Counted from the whole stretch's first letter, positions 34,394 through 45,745 are shown. The stretch is DNA of 47,307 bases, filler included, from Dimargaris cristalligena (GCA_003614675.1; 2 parts of 2 records of this genome joined end to end with filler, not necessarily neighbours in it); one strand, 5' to 3'. Notes: a model not told the origin generated them from the sequence alone. A program made the numbers and translations.

Positions 34394-37213
34394 TCACTCC
34401 GAGATGGCTTGAGCGGTTTCGCGGTTAGAAGTGGCAGATGACTCGCCCTCAGTCTCGACCGGCGCCGGTGTTGTAACTGTAACCGCGGGTTCGGCCTTGG
34501 CCACCTTCACCTTACGCGCTTTGGTGGCGGTGGTCGCCGACGAAGAATCAGAGGATCCCAACGACTTCAACACCTTGGAACTACTCCGCGAACTCGGCGG
34601 GGGAGAGGCACTATGCACCCGAAGCGATTTACTATCGAAAGCCAAATGGACCTTCCCCAATGTCCCATCGAACCGATTCTTCTGGATATCGAGGTAGCGA
34701 GTGGCGATGGCATCCCCGTACTCATTCAGTACACTGCGGGCTACTTTGCCTACCTTCTGGATGAGCACAACATTATCCGCATCTTGGGTAATCTTGGCCG
34801 ATCCAAAAATGGAATTGATATCGAGTTGGTTTTTTTCGTCGCGTTCTTTGCGGGGGTGGACGACGAGGGAAACGTGTACGTTGCATTCGGTCGCGAATTT
34901 ACGGAAGGTGTTGAGAGCCATTTCCTGGAGATCCCACTTTTCGAATCCCTTGCCCTGGCCCGTCATCATGAATTGAAGGTTGTCGATGAGGACGTGTTGG
35001 ACGTCGTAGGCGTAGACGGCGTGTTTCAAAGTATCCAGGACTTTGTCGGCTTCGGTACTGCCAAAGAATTTCAAATAATAGAGGGGAAGTTGCTCAAACT
35101 TATCGGCCCAGTACTCGAATTCGTCGGGGTGTTCACTGAGGTCCTTTTCGGCGAACTGGTACAGCATCCGTTTGGCCAGGCGGACATTGGGGATTTCGAA
35201 ACTACCCCAAAGGGTACTGACGCCGGACTGACAAAAGTCCAGGGAGAGCTGACTCAAAATGGTGGTTTTACCCACCCCCGTCGTGCCGCTCCAGATGGAC
35301 AGTTCACCGGGCCGGAGACCCTTAAGAATCGCGTTGAATTGACTGAAATCCCGGGAACTGACGCCGGCCACATCCACGGGGTGGAGGATTTCTTGGTGCA
35401 CGGCATCCCGCAGCGAGGAAAACTCGAGGATTTGTTCATGACCCAAAGGACGAGCCATATCCAAGATGTTCTGGAAAGACTGTCCTTTCATGAGGGCTTC
35501 GGACGCATTCACGGGACCACTCGCCAAACCCCCGCGGGAGGAGACAATCAGGCAGCGGTCGATGCCCAATTTATTAATGATCCGCAGGGTGGCTTCCTGC
35601 CCCTGGCGGTCGTCGTCGAGCCAAATGTAGATGCGGGAGAACCGGTCCAGGCTACGCATTTCCTCGAGGGGGAGTTGATAGGAGTTGGCGGGAAGGGCCA
35701 TGCTAACCATTCCCGTTTCCTGGTGGGCGACCATGGCGTCCAGTTCGCGGCCGGTTAGGATCATGGTATCGGCGTTGGTGGGGGCGAGGTGGAAACCAAA
35801 CAAACCGGACTGGCAGTTACGGACGGGGTCGAACACGACGTGCTTATCCTCGGGGAATGAGACGGCCTTGAAACGGGTGACTCGGAATTGGTCCTGATCT
35901 AGTTCGAGGGCTTCTGAGTCGGGTGATGAAGGATTCGCTAGTTCCGCTTCGAAGGCCGCCGTGGGCTCGGTAGACTCGGCAACTTCCGTGGCGCCGGTAG
36001 GACTGGTCGGGGCGGCGGCTGTTTTGGCATTGGGCCGGCGCTTTACTCCCTTTACGTTAGAGTCGTTTAGGGCCGTGCGGGGGTATACTATAAAAGGGTA
36101 AACGTCCCGTTCCCCGTTGGCCTCCAAATCTTCCAAGGTGTCGGTCATTTCATCGCGGCTGAAGGACCGGTGCGAATGAATAGCATCCCTTGCCGAATCA
36201 ATGGTAGCGGGGTTGGTGTTGAGATAGGTCAAGCCGACTAAGTACTTGCGCAGGGTCTCGGGTTTCAAGCGACGCTGGCCTGGTTCGTGACCGGTAAGGT
36301 AGCCATAAACCACCGAGTTTTGGGATAAGTTATGGCCGTAGGTTTGGAAATCTCCGAGGGGTCGGTCGAACGGGCCAGTCCCTGAAACCGTTTTAGTTTG
36401 ACCATCACTGTCGGTGACCACGACTTGGCTTACGGATTCGATATGGAAGTGGGGGTTCTTTCCTACCAGGGATTTGTACTGGGACCAAGTGCCGCTGGTC
36501 AGACACTTGGTGCACGTGAAACTACCGGATTTCTTATCCAGATGGGCGGTATAGTTGTGCCGTCCCAGGCGCGGCGGACACTTGGGGCACTTGACCAGGA
36601 GTTCGTTTTCCTTGGGACCCTGGCGGGGGTTCTGGCCCATTTTGTGGAGTTGGTTGTACATTGTAGCCAACGACACCATGGATCCTCCGCCGCTGGAACT
36701 TGCATTATTATTTCGCCGGGCCCGGGCGGCTGAGTCAGTAGCGACGTAATCCACTTTCTTGGGGGTTATGTTGGTGCCCGTTGTTGATTTTACCTTCAGA
36801 AATCGAACTTTTGATGAAGCCGATTTCGATTTCGCTGAAGGTCCGCTAGATGGCTTTTTTGGGGCAGCGGAGCCTTCCCCCCGGTAGTCATCGGTGGGGG
36901 GAATCATTGATTCGTCGAATGGCCTGGCTTCGAAAGTAGCCTCATCGGTTATTTCGTCCATATCTATGGGAGGGGCCGTGATAATGGATTTCTCGGATTC
37001 TTTGAAATCGGGGGCCACTTTATCGATAATCGAGGCTATGGACCGGAGGGACAGTTGGCCAAAGTGGGAAGTTGAGGGCATCCAAAGGCCGGTTCGATTG
37101 ACACGCATGCGGGAAACGGGGCCGGCGGCCGTCCGACCACGAAGACCGTTAACCTGGCCATATATGGTTGCTGATACCCGAGAACCAAGTAAACGAGTGA
37201 TCATGGTGGGCAA
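34394..37213 (-). CDS. TWNK: Twinkle-like mitochondrial primase-helicase (T7 gp4 family)
   Basis: Arg-rich presequence-like N-terminus, CPKC...CTKC zinc-binding motif, TOPRIM-like segment (LTGRELDAM, WLDDD), and SF4 helicase motifs SGTTGVGKTT, GSFEI, IDNLQF, VVHPRK, IFGSAKITQDADNV and KNRFDG. Confidence 0.92.
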   Translation of the reverse strand: MPTMITRLLGSRVSATIYGQVNGLRGRTAAGPVSRMRVNRTGLWMPSTSHFGQLSLRSIASIIDKVAPDFKESEKSIITAPPIDMDEITDEATFEARPFDESMIPPTDDYRGEGSAAPKKPSSGPSAKSKSASSKVRFLKVKSTTGTNITPKKVDYVATDSAARARRNNNASSSGGGSMVSLATMYNQLHKMGQNPRQGPKENELLVKCPKCPPRLGRHNYTAHLDKKSGSFTCTKCLTSGTWSQYKSLVGKNPHFHIESVSQVVVTDSDGQTKTVSGTGPFDRPLGDFQTYGHNLSQNSVVYGYLTGHEPGQRRLKPETLRKYLVGLTYLNTNPATIDSARDAIHSHRSFSRDEMTDTLEDLEANGERDVYPFIVYPRTALNDSNVKGVKRRPNAKTAAAPTSPTGATEVAESTEPTAAFEAELANPSSPDSEALELDQDQFRVTRFKAVSFPEDKHVVFDPVRNCQSGLFGFHLAPTNADTMILTGRELDAMVAHQETGMVSMALPANSYQLPLEEMRSLDRFSRIYIWLDDDRQGQEATLRIINKLGIDRCLIVSSRGGLASGPVNASEALMKGQSFQNILDMARPLGHEQILEFSSLRDAVHQEILHPVDVAGVSSRDFSQFNAILKGLRPGELSIWSGTTGVGKTTILSQLSLDFCQSGVSTLWGSFEIPNVRLAKRMLYQFAEKDLSEHPDEFEYWADKFEQLPLYYLKFFGSTEADKVLDTLKHAVYAYDVQHVLIDNLQFMMTGQGKGFEKWDLQEMALNTFRKFATECNVHVSLVVHPRKERDEKNQLDINSIFGSAKITQDADNVVLIQKVGKVARSVLNEYGDAIATRYLDIQKNRFDGTLGKVHLAFDSKSLRVHSASPPPSSRSSSKVLKSLGSSDSSSATTATKARKVKVAKAEPAVTVTTPAPVETEGESSATSNRETAQAISE

Positions 37214-38244
37214 TGGACTCGGACAGAGTATGAAACTACGAAACTAACAAAATATATATAGACGAAGCAGCTGGAAAAAGGTGCAACGATAGCAGGTGGA
37301 ATGTCGTGTCCAAGTGACGTCGATCGAGGTGCACAGTAGAAAGGCCGGGAGGGGTAAATTAGGAATAAACAGGAGACCTGGCCAAAGGGGGGTCGATATG
37401 CCAACAGTGAAATCAGCCGGGGGGCCAAAGCGAGCAGGGAGGGGGGAAAAGACACGGGCTGCAATAGTAGCACTGGAGAAGGCACGGTCTCGATAAACGA
37501 AGCCGTCGATAAACGGGCCGGACGGAGGGAGAGGCTTTGGTAGAGTTAAAGTAAATTGCGAATGCAGTAGCCAAGTCAACTACAGTTAAGGCAGAGTGGG
37601 TGGCGCCCGCAGTCCAGCACTGGGCGGAGTATTTAATGAGAGGGCCTGGCTATTTTTTTTTCTATAGTGTGTAACCACCACCGCACTTTGGGTGTATGCG
37701 AGACGTGGCTCTATCGTAAATTAGCGCGTATTTGGTGGGCCTCCTTAACTATTCCAGCCGCTTAATCAATCTTGGACACCCCGTCCACACGGCTCAATGG
37801 CATTACACTATTTATCCCTCGTTGATTCGCAAATGCCCGGATGGCCACTATTACTACTGCCATGGGTCCATAGTTGGTCACGTGCCTATTGAACCAGGGG
37901 GAAACGAGCGGAGGAAGGAGGCAGAGACTCGAATGGCCTGCCTGGGTCAACAAGGTGTGTGTGTGTGTGTATGGCTGTAATGCCTTCGGGCTGAGTCAGC
38001 CCAATCTCCTACCCTTCGTTAATTGACGGTAGTAGACTCTGTAGCCTCATCCCGTCCTGACACACTGGCATATAGTGTCCATCTGCTTCCTTCTTACTTT
38101 CCCACTTCATTTGCTTCACTTTCAACACCAACCCTCCCCTCTCATCCATTCCCTTTTTCTTGTACGATTTTTCCATCTCCGTAACCCCACCTTCCGTTTC
38201 CCAACCCCACTTAGCCCTTGTCGTCTCTCTCGCTCAGCCGCGCC

Positions 38245-39800
38245 ATGTCTACTTTAGCAGGCAGCTCCGCTCCTCCCACCGACCGCCGGACCAAGATCCT
38301 GCACGACTACCGTCGGCGTCTCCTCGAACATCGCGAGATGGAAGAGAAAATTAGGGCCATTCGTTTGGAAGTCCGTCGCCTCGAGAAGGAATTCGATAAA
38401 ACCGAGGACGATCTGAAGGCCCTGCAATCCGCCGGCCAAATTATCGCCGAAATTTTCCAGCAACTCGACGAAGATCGCTGTAAGTTCCCGTCCCGTTGCT
38501 TATCTAAAGGGATTTAGCCGGTCCTAGACCATTGCTGGACTAATGTGGGATGTGGGTACACAAGTCGCTGGGAGAGGGAATCTCAATGCAGTTCCCTGGC
38601 TTTGGTCATTCCGGTGGAAGGAAGACATGCGAGAGGCCTTGGGGTTTCCTAAAACAAGCCCCCCTGGGCATCGTAGTCGCATGTCATTAATCCCTGTAAT
38701 AGTGTTAAAGGTCCTTTCTGTTACCTACCCCCCACTGTTCTATCATACGTTTACTTCCCCCTGCAAACTCCTTTACTTGCACTAACCCCTTCCATATAAG
38801 CAACCACTCCCATTTCACTATCCCACCTATCCAGTCCTGGTTAAGGCCTCCAGCGGTCCCCGGTACGTGGTCGGCTGCCGCAATAAGCTCGACCGGTCCG
38901 AACTCAAGCAGGGCACCCGTGTGGCCCTCGATATGACCACCCTTACTATTATGCGTCGTCTGCCGCGTGAGGTCGACCCCTTGGTATATAACATGTCCAT
39001 AGAAAAGCCCGACGCCGTCGATTTCGCCGGCATTGGCGGACTTTCCGAACAGATCCGCGAACTCCGCGAAGTCATTGAACTACCGCTGATTAACCCCGAA
39101 CTTTTTATCCGCGTGGGGATCAAGCCCCCCAAGGGGGTTCTCCTCTACGGCCCCCCCCGGTACCGGCAAGACCATGCTGGCCAAAGCCGTGGCCAATACC
39201 CTCGAGACCAATTTCCTCAAGGTCGTCTCTTCGGCCATTGTGGACAAGTACATTGGCGAGAGTTCCCGTCTGATCCGGGAAATGTTCGGCTACGCCCGTG
39301 ACCACGAGCCCTGCATTATCTTTATGGACGAAATTGACGCCATTGGCGGACGCCGGTTCTCGGAGGGTACCTCGGCGGATCGTGAAATTCAGCGTACGCT
39401 GATGGAACTGCTCAACCAAATGGACGGTTTCGACTACCTGGGTAAAACCAAGATCATCATGGCGACCAACCGACCCGATACTCTAGACCCGGCTTTGCTC
39501 CGTCCCGGTCGGTTAGACCGTAAAATCGAAATCCCTCTCCCCAACGAGCACGGCCGGGCCGAAATTATACGCATCCATGCCATCGGTATCACCAAACACG
39601 GTGAAATCGACTACGAAGCCATCACCAAACTATCGGACGGGTTCAACGGGGCCGATTTACGTAACGTATGTACGGAAGCGGGTATGTTCGCCATCCGGGA
39701 TGACCGTGACTATGTCGTCCAGGAGGACTTTATGAAGGCGGTGCGTAAGGTGAGCGATGCGAAGAAATTGGAAACTAAGTTGGACTACGAGAAATTGTAA
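38245..39800 (+). CDS. RPT4: 26S proteasome AAA-ATPase Rpt4/PSMC6 (2 exons, ~399 aa; one extra base in a C8 run as assembled)
   Basis: Exons 38245-38479 and 38835-39800 (GTAAGT...CTAAC...CAG). Motifs [69 protein letters not shown]. Walker A GPPGTGKT is restored by removing one C at 39151-39158. Confidence 0.93.
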
Positions 39801-40789
39801 ACATATACTTCACACAGTACGCACCTTCGCTATCCTACGGGAGTGGTTTCCGCCTTCCTATCCCACCCTGCTGCTTTTGCGTGGCTTGTTACACCCGATA
39901 TTCGGCTTTTTTTTCTTTGCTTTGCGATTTCGTCTGTGATTCTTATCTTCGTTAAATTCGACTCTCTTTTATTAAAGCGCAAATAAACCCTTGTCCGTAC
40001 TTTTAATCGAATATAAGGGTAACCCATTAACCACATTACTTAAATGGTATTAGTAGCAAGGGGAATCGTAAATAAACCAAGGTTGGTAGCTTTTATGGGT
40101 GGGACGTTGAGGTTAAAATTTAAAGGGGGCGTAGTCAGCCACACACTCTTCCTGTTCGCCTCCAATGCCGGTATCATTCCGATAGGAACCCTTTATCGTT
40201 GCGGCCCTTGAAATACGGAAGGGCGAATATAATTTTATAAAACGGTTGATTAATAGGGTTTGGCTTATGAACTAGCGCGCAAGCAAAGCTACCGCTGGGC
40301 CTGATAGTTTTTTTTCTATGGGTAGCTCTTATTAGACTAACCCATTTTCTCCCTCGCGGGGTCTTAACCTTAACTGTCCGTCATTCACAGATGAGAAAAC
40401 CTGGGTTTATTTTAACTTTTCTATTCCCCACCACACACACGCGCCCTCTCCTTTGAGCATTACTATCCATTCCCTTTTCTTCCATTTTGATTAACACGGC
40501 TGTCACCACTAGTGGGTACTGGAATCGGTCTCGTCTCTAACCACCATCGTTATCTCTAATCCGTGTTTGTCTTACACCTCTTTTACTTCATCCCAGTTGT
40601 TTCGGAATCGGCTACCAGTTTTATACATATATATCTATATATTTAACCGATCTTTGCGCTCACTGGTGTAGTGTAAAACCACCTGGCCATTAGCTCCCTC
40701 TTACCCACGTCTAGAGTCACGTCTTCACTTCCATTCACACATACTCGCCTACATTCATTCACTAATTCATCATAGCCTATCCACCCACA

Positions 40790-42286
40790 ATGTTCGGCAC
40801 TGCTAATAATTCCGGCACCAATGCCTTTGGCATGCCCGCCTCTTCCGGTTTCAATAGTAGTTCTTCCGGTTTCAATAGCGGTGGAATGGGATTTGGATCG
40901 GCGACCAACAACGCGCCGACTTCGTCGTTTGGCACCAATTCAACGAACACTAATAGCAATAACAATGCCAACCCCATGGGCAACGGCGTTTTCGGTGCCC
41001 CCATGAAACGATCCCTGTCCAATCCGTCCTTGGGTCTCAGTACCAATAATCCCCCAGCGGGCGGCACCGGAATTTTTGGTATGGCCAATAATACCGCTAA
41101 CAACAATGGTTTTAACACTAATAATACCAATACTACTACTACCTTTCCGCCCGCTTCCACTGGCCCATTCGGGTCCCAAACCGGTAGTATGGGAGCGTTC
41201 GGCAGCAATTCCACCAACACGACGAGTACAGCCGGTGGTTTTGGGGTGGGCGGAGGATTCGGAACGGCGGCGGCTACTCCTGCCCCTGGTTTCGGCGCGA
41301 CGGGGAACTCGTTCCTAGGCAACAACAATAACACCACCAATACCTCCTCCGGATTTAGCATTACTACCTCCACCCCAAACGTTGTTACCTCCAGTGTTAG
41401 TTTCAGCATGGGGGGTAACTACAACACCAACCCAAATCCCAACCCCACCGCCCCCGCTGCCGCCCCTGCGATTGGATTCCCCTCGCAACCCGTAGTCGCC
41501 GCAACCCAACTTCAACGACACAACCAAAACCACGCCTGGGACCAAATTCAACTGGTCATAGAGTCATGGAACCCCCACTCCCCGCTCTGCCAGTTCCGCC
41601 ACTACTTTTATAATCTCGTGGACCCGGCGCAGGTGGGTCTGTATACCTGCCCGCCCGACCACGACCCGGCTCTCTGGGAACAGGCCCAGCTGGAAAACCC
41701 TGACCCGACCTGTTTGGTCCCGGCACTAGCCGTGGGGTTTGAAGACCTGCGCAAGCGGATGGACCAGCAGGAAACCGAGGCTACCGCCCATATCACCAAA
41801 CTTGACGAAATTAGCGAAAAACTCACCCAGCTGCGGCACCTCCACCAAGTAGAAACGCTCGCCCGCTTAGCCGAATTCCGGCGCCGGAACCAGGAACACG
41901 CCTACCGGATCCAACGGTTGGTTAAAATGGTCCAGGTCCTCCGATTCCGCGGCCAAACACTGCGGCCGGAAGAAGAGGTAGTCCGCGTCCGTTTGGAAGC
42001 CATGCTCAACGAACTGACCCGCCCGGGCCAGCTTCAGCGGCGGTCCCAGGACCTGTGGACCCAGACCCAGACGGGACTGGCCCAACGGCGGGGCCAGGGG
42101 AACGGCGGCCGGGTATGCGCTACGCAGCACGGGAATATTCGCTACGAAGTGGCTAGTGATGTGGATTTGGAAACGTGCGTCAATTTACTGGATAATTACC
42201 AGGCTGGGCTAACCCAGTTTACGGGCATCGTGCAGCAGCACCTGGTAGACACGAAATCACTTTGCGATAAGTTCCGCCCATCTTAA
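40790..42286 (+). CDS. NUP57: Central-channel nucleoporin Nup57/Nup54
   Basis: N-terminal Asn/Thr-rich FG repeats, then the Nup54-type region WNPHSPLCQFRHYFYN...LWEQAQLENPDPTCLVPALAVGFEDLRKR and coiled coils. Confidence 0.88.
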   Translation: MFGTANNSGTNAFGMPASSGFNSSSSGFNSGGMGFGSATNNAPTSSFGTNSTNTNSNNNANPMGNGVFGAPMKRSLSNPSLGLSTNNPPAGGTGIFGMANNTANNNGFNTNNTNTTTTFPPASTGPFGSQTGSMGAFGSNSTNTTSTAGGFGVGGGFGTAAATPAPGFGATGNSFLGNNNNTTNTSSGFSITTSTPNVVTSSVSFSMGGNYNTNPNPNPTAPAAAPAIGFPSQPVVAATQLQRHNQNHAWDQIQLVIESWNPHSPLCQFRHYFYNLVDPAQVGLYTCPPDHDPALWEQAQLENPDPTCLVPALAVGFEDLRKRMDQQETEATAHITKLDEISEKLTQLRHLHQVETLARLAEFRRRNQEHAYRIQRLVKMVQVLRFRGQTLRPEEEVVRVRLEAMLNELTRPGQLQRRSQDLWTQTQTGLAQRRGQGNGGRVCATQHGNIRYEVASDVDLETCVNLLDNYQAGLTQFTGIVQQHLVDTKSLCDKFRPS

Positions 42287-43015
42287 AACACAATAATATC
42301 ACCGCTGTTCTACCAGCATTGGGTCGACTTCACCTCTTTTTATTTTATTGCTATTGACCTTACATTTCTTTTTAAACGTACGCCGCCCATACTCATATAT
42401 AATCTCCCCCACCTCATGTACGCGCTTACATATGTTTCCCCCCTCTTCACCCTTTGACCACCCCAAGATCATTAGTCTTCAGGTCGCCTATCCATGATAT
42501 AAATATGATGTATCCATCCCATCCCATACCAGCTTCCCTATTCCGGACTTTCTTTTAATTTCTTAATTCTCGGTTTGTGACGCCCATGCGAATAAAATAG
42601 ATTGGCCTTGGGCAACGCCAAGATTTCTGCGTATTCTTGCAATTTCAAAGGCATTTGAGTGACCAGGTTTAAGCTATATGACTTAGAACTACCGGTATCT
42701 ATGAGCTGGGTATAGGACCACCCGTGAATTGGGTGGGATGCTCAATAAATGTGGCTGCATCTTTAATTATACGAGCATAGCAAGCCAGTTCGTTTAATTC
42801 TAAACTATCGTTGCCATTTTCATAATACCCTGTCGATGTCACTGAACCTGGATATGATTTTACGAGTCAACCACTGTGGACTGTAAACAGCACATCAAGC
42901 CAGACCCCGCTTTACCTTTGGCAGCCAAATACCCAGAAGTCTCACTCTACTGTCCTTGGATTGCCTACGTCCAGTTTCCGCCCGCCTTTTATTTTTCCGG
43001 GTGTAATTCATTCGC

Positions 43016-45028
43016 ATGTCCTGGCGCATTTTCACGGCCCGTAGTTTGGCAGGAGGCCGCCCCTTAACTTATCGACCTCTCGGCCGCCTATTTCCACGAC
43101 CCACCGTTTCTATTTTTTCACGACTCCTCTACCCTATCCCTACCGGTATTGCTTATTCGTCACATTTACCCATGTCGACTCCGACATTACCCACTCCGAC
43201 ATCGGCCCCGCCCACCATGCCTCTCTCCAACCAGGAGTACCTGGCCATCGTCCGGCAATTCAAAGCCGCCCATTTCGCGGACTCAGACCAGTCCTCCGCT
43301 GGAACACCAGCGAACGCCGACCCCCTCCGAACCACTGCCCAGTCGGACCCAGTGCATGAGTCCCCGTGTAAACGACCGCGACCCAATCGTCCCCCACCGG
43401 TGCGCCTATGCGTGTTTGACTTTGACAATACCCTCTACAGCTCACCCGTTCCCAACCGCGATCTATGGGCCTCCAAAGCGATCGGTGAACTCCTCGGTAC
43501 GCGGATCGGGTGGTTCCACGACGTGCGTACCCTAAGTCCGCCCTATACCATACCGGCCCTCACCAACTACAACCCTGTCGTCCTCCAAGCTGCGCGGGAC
43601 GCTCTGGCCCAACCCCATACCCTAAACATCGTGCTCACGGGACGATGTAACGTAAAATTCCGTGCGGCCGTGGCGGAGACTTTGGCGGTCGTACCCGATG
43701 TGCAATTCGATATGGTATTTCTCAAATGCACGCCCCCCCGCCTGGGTCTCCCGGGGTTGAGCTTCAATGACCAACTATGGGAAATTCCCCACCATGAACA
43801 ACCGGTGTCCACCTTTGACTACAAAATCCATATCCTCAACCTACTCAAGCAGGAATTCCCCACCATTCAGGAACTCCATATTTGGGAGGATCGCGAACGT
43901 CATAAAATCCAATTCCAGCGGTACGTGGACGAACAGATTAAGCTGGGGAATTTGGCGGCCGGGTCGGTACTGGACTTCATCCCGACGTACGGTAAAATGC
44001 CGGTTCGCCTGGAACGACAGCTGGTAGAGTCATTGGTGCGGGACCATAATCACCGACAATTGCTGAAGTTGGATACCACGAATCGACGAGCTATCTTTAG
44101 TCACTTGACGCCCAGCTGGTCGACGATGAATTTACCCGACCACTATAATGCGGGTTCGGTTGAATTGGCCCAAGCTGCAGAATCCAAGCCGGCGGATCTT
44201 TCGCCACAGGCTGATCCGACACCACTACCTCCACCACCATCTCTCTCGCCATCGGCCTACTCGGCACCCGCTAGTCCCCTGGTCGACTACCCGGACTTGC
44301 ACTTACTAGAGCTGGTCCAGGTCACCCACTGCGTTCGACTCCAATTGGATGCACCGTCCGAAAAACTTCTGGCGAGGGCTTGCCGGTCATTAACCACCCG
44401 GTATCGACCTCGTGTCGGGCCCGCTCTGTTGGGCTACGGGCCGTTACCCCCCGCCGCGACCGCTTATTTTCAATCGCATCTGACTACCCCCGCCTCCGCC
44501 CCCACTCCTACACCCGCTTCCTTCCCTTTGACTTTAAACGTACGTCGCCTAGGACTTATCCAAGGTCACCACGGAGGCGGCGGAGGAGGCGTAATCGCTG
44601 AACTTGACTTACCCAAACCTTTAGTACAACAATGCTTCCGGGGCCAAGCCCCCTACTTCATTGTGGCTAAGCAATGTTCCCCGTCTGAACTCAATAAACA
44701 GTGGGCGAAGGCTGAGTGGACCGAATCACTACCGCCTTACTGCCCGCTCCCGATCCGGGCCCGGTTGGTGGTGGAGGAACGTACTTCGGTGAGCAATCCC
44801 CTTCAACCATATGTATCGTCGGCGGCGGATGCCCCACCGGCTGAACCGAAAGTGAAAGTGAGTTTACTAATCGGCAAATGGCACCCCGCCGTCCAGGGCC
44901 GACGGATGGGCCTGGCAATCAAATCGGTCGAGGCACTACTAGAGGCCAGGGGGATTAAGACCACTTTGGATAACGAAGCAGTCATTGAAGATATTGTGAA
45001 GGAGTTGGATTTTTCGACACAACATTAA
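43016..45028 (+). CDS. HAD-superfamily protein of the 'Swiss Army Knife' RNA-repair-like type (HAD_SAK_1-like)
   Basis: HAD motif I VFDFDNTLYSSP, GWFHD, motif II IVLTGR, MVFLK, TFDYK and motif IV IWEDRERH; 670-aa intronless ORF. Confidence 0.75.
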   Translation: MSWRIFTARSLAGGRPLTYRPLGRLFPRPTVSIFSRLLYPIPTGIAYSSHLPMSTPTLPTPTSAPPTMPLSNQEYLAIVRQFKAAHFADSDQSSAGTPANADPLRTTAQSDPVHESPCKRPRPNRPPPVRLCVFDFDNTLYSSPVPNRDLWASKAIGELLGTRIGWFHDVRTLSPPYTIPALTNYNPVVLQAARDALAQPHTLNIVLTGRCNVKFRAAVAETLAVVPDVQFDMVFLKCTPPRLGLPGLSFNDQLWEIPHHEQPVSTFDYKIHILNLLKQEFPTIQELHIWEDRERHKIQFQRYVDEQIKLGNLAAGSVLDFIPTYGKMPVRLERQLVESLVRDHNHRQLLKLDTTNRRAIFSHLTPSWSTMNLPDHYNAGSVELAQAAESKPADLSPQADPTPLPPPPSLSPSAYSAPASPLVDYPDLHLLELVQVTHCVRLQLDAPSEKLLARACRSLTTRYRPRVGPALLGYGPLPPAATAYFQSHLTTPASAPTPTPASFPLTLNVRRLGLIQGHHGGGGGGVIAELDLPKPLVQQCFRGQAPYFIVAKQCSPSELNKQWAKAEWTESLPPYCPLPIRARLVVEERTSVSNPLQPYVSSAADAPPAEPKVKVSLLIGKWHPAVQGRRMGLAIKSVEALLEARGIKTTLDNEAVIEDIVKELDFSTQH

Positions 45029-45745
45029 ATAAAGAATGCCCTCGCGGCGGTTATTTTGTACCATTAACGACGACTTGGATATAGTAGGAAAGAGTGTATT
45101 TTTATAAGGAGGGCCTCTGGGAGAGGGGCAGGCGGGATTGTGACCAGGGGCTTGATCCCTGTATAATATAGAATGCATGAAATCGGACGGGCGATACCAT
45201 CCCGCCTTCGAGGTATTCGGTAAGCTGTAGAAATTTATAGGCATTGGGGGTGTCGGTTGGTGCGATTTGCCAACTGCGACTGATGCTTATCAGTCTGAGT
45301 TGGGAGTGGTGGTGGTATACCTGCATCAGTTGTAGGAACCCTTGTCCACAATGGATGGAATATCAAAATGGCCTACGATAATACGACAGACCCTATGGAC
45401 TATCTCAGTGGGACCCTGGCTGTGGTGGGATATACGTAAGAGTGTGGGGGAAGGGGATATGCTGATAGTAGGCGGCCAGCCGGGTAAAGTTCCCGTACAT
45501 TCCTGAACCCCCGCTGACTTGAATCGCTGCCCATCTCCTTCGGGTTCCCAAGAACTGTTCTAAGCCAACTTATCTTGATTCCTATACCACCAGTCCTTTC
45601 CTTGTTCCGAGCTTCGACTAACTTTACCCTTCTCCTTTTGGAATTACTGCATTGCATTATTGCACCCCAGTTTATTTAATCCATCTATTTTGGACCCTTG
45701 TCAGGTATAACCCCCTCCCTACGCACTTTTCGTTCATCGCACACC

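Noticed and set aside
34613-35758. 381-aa antisense ORF opposite Twinkle (also 40777-41409 opposite NUP57 and many shorter ones)
   Set aside because: These are shadow ORFs expected from GC-rich codon bias on the coding strand; no recognisable motifs.
37598-37606. GGTGGC as a PACE/Rpn4 element upstream of RPT4
   Set aside because: Only the 6-bp core matches (not GGTGGCAAA), it is ~640 bp upstream, and it is expected by chance.
38245-39800. RPT4 as a pseudogene
   Set aside because: The only lesion is one base in a homopolymer; the rest is intact with good splice signals.
40294-40320. GCTGGGCCTGATA shared with 46834-46846, and a GGGCCTG-polyT-CTAT resemblance to 37642-37665
   Set aside because: Matches of this length are expected by chance in 47 kb, and the similarity is mostly poly-T.
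40790-41450. Repetitive AAC/AAT-rich sequence as a tandem repeat or array
   Set aside because: Explained by the FG/Asn-rich nucleoporin coding sequence.
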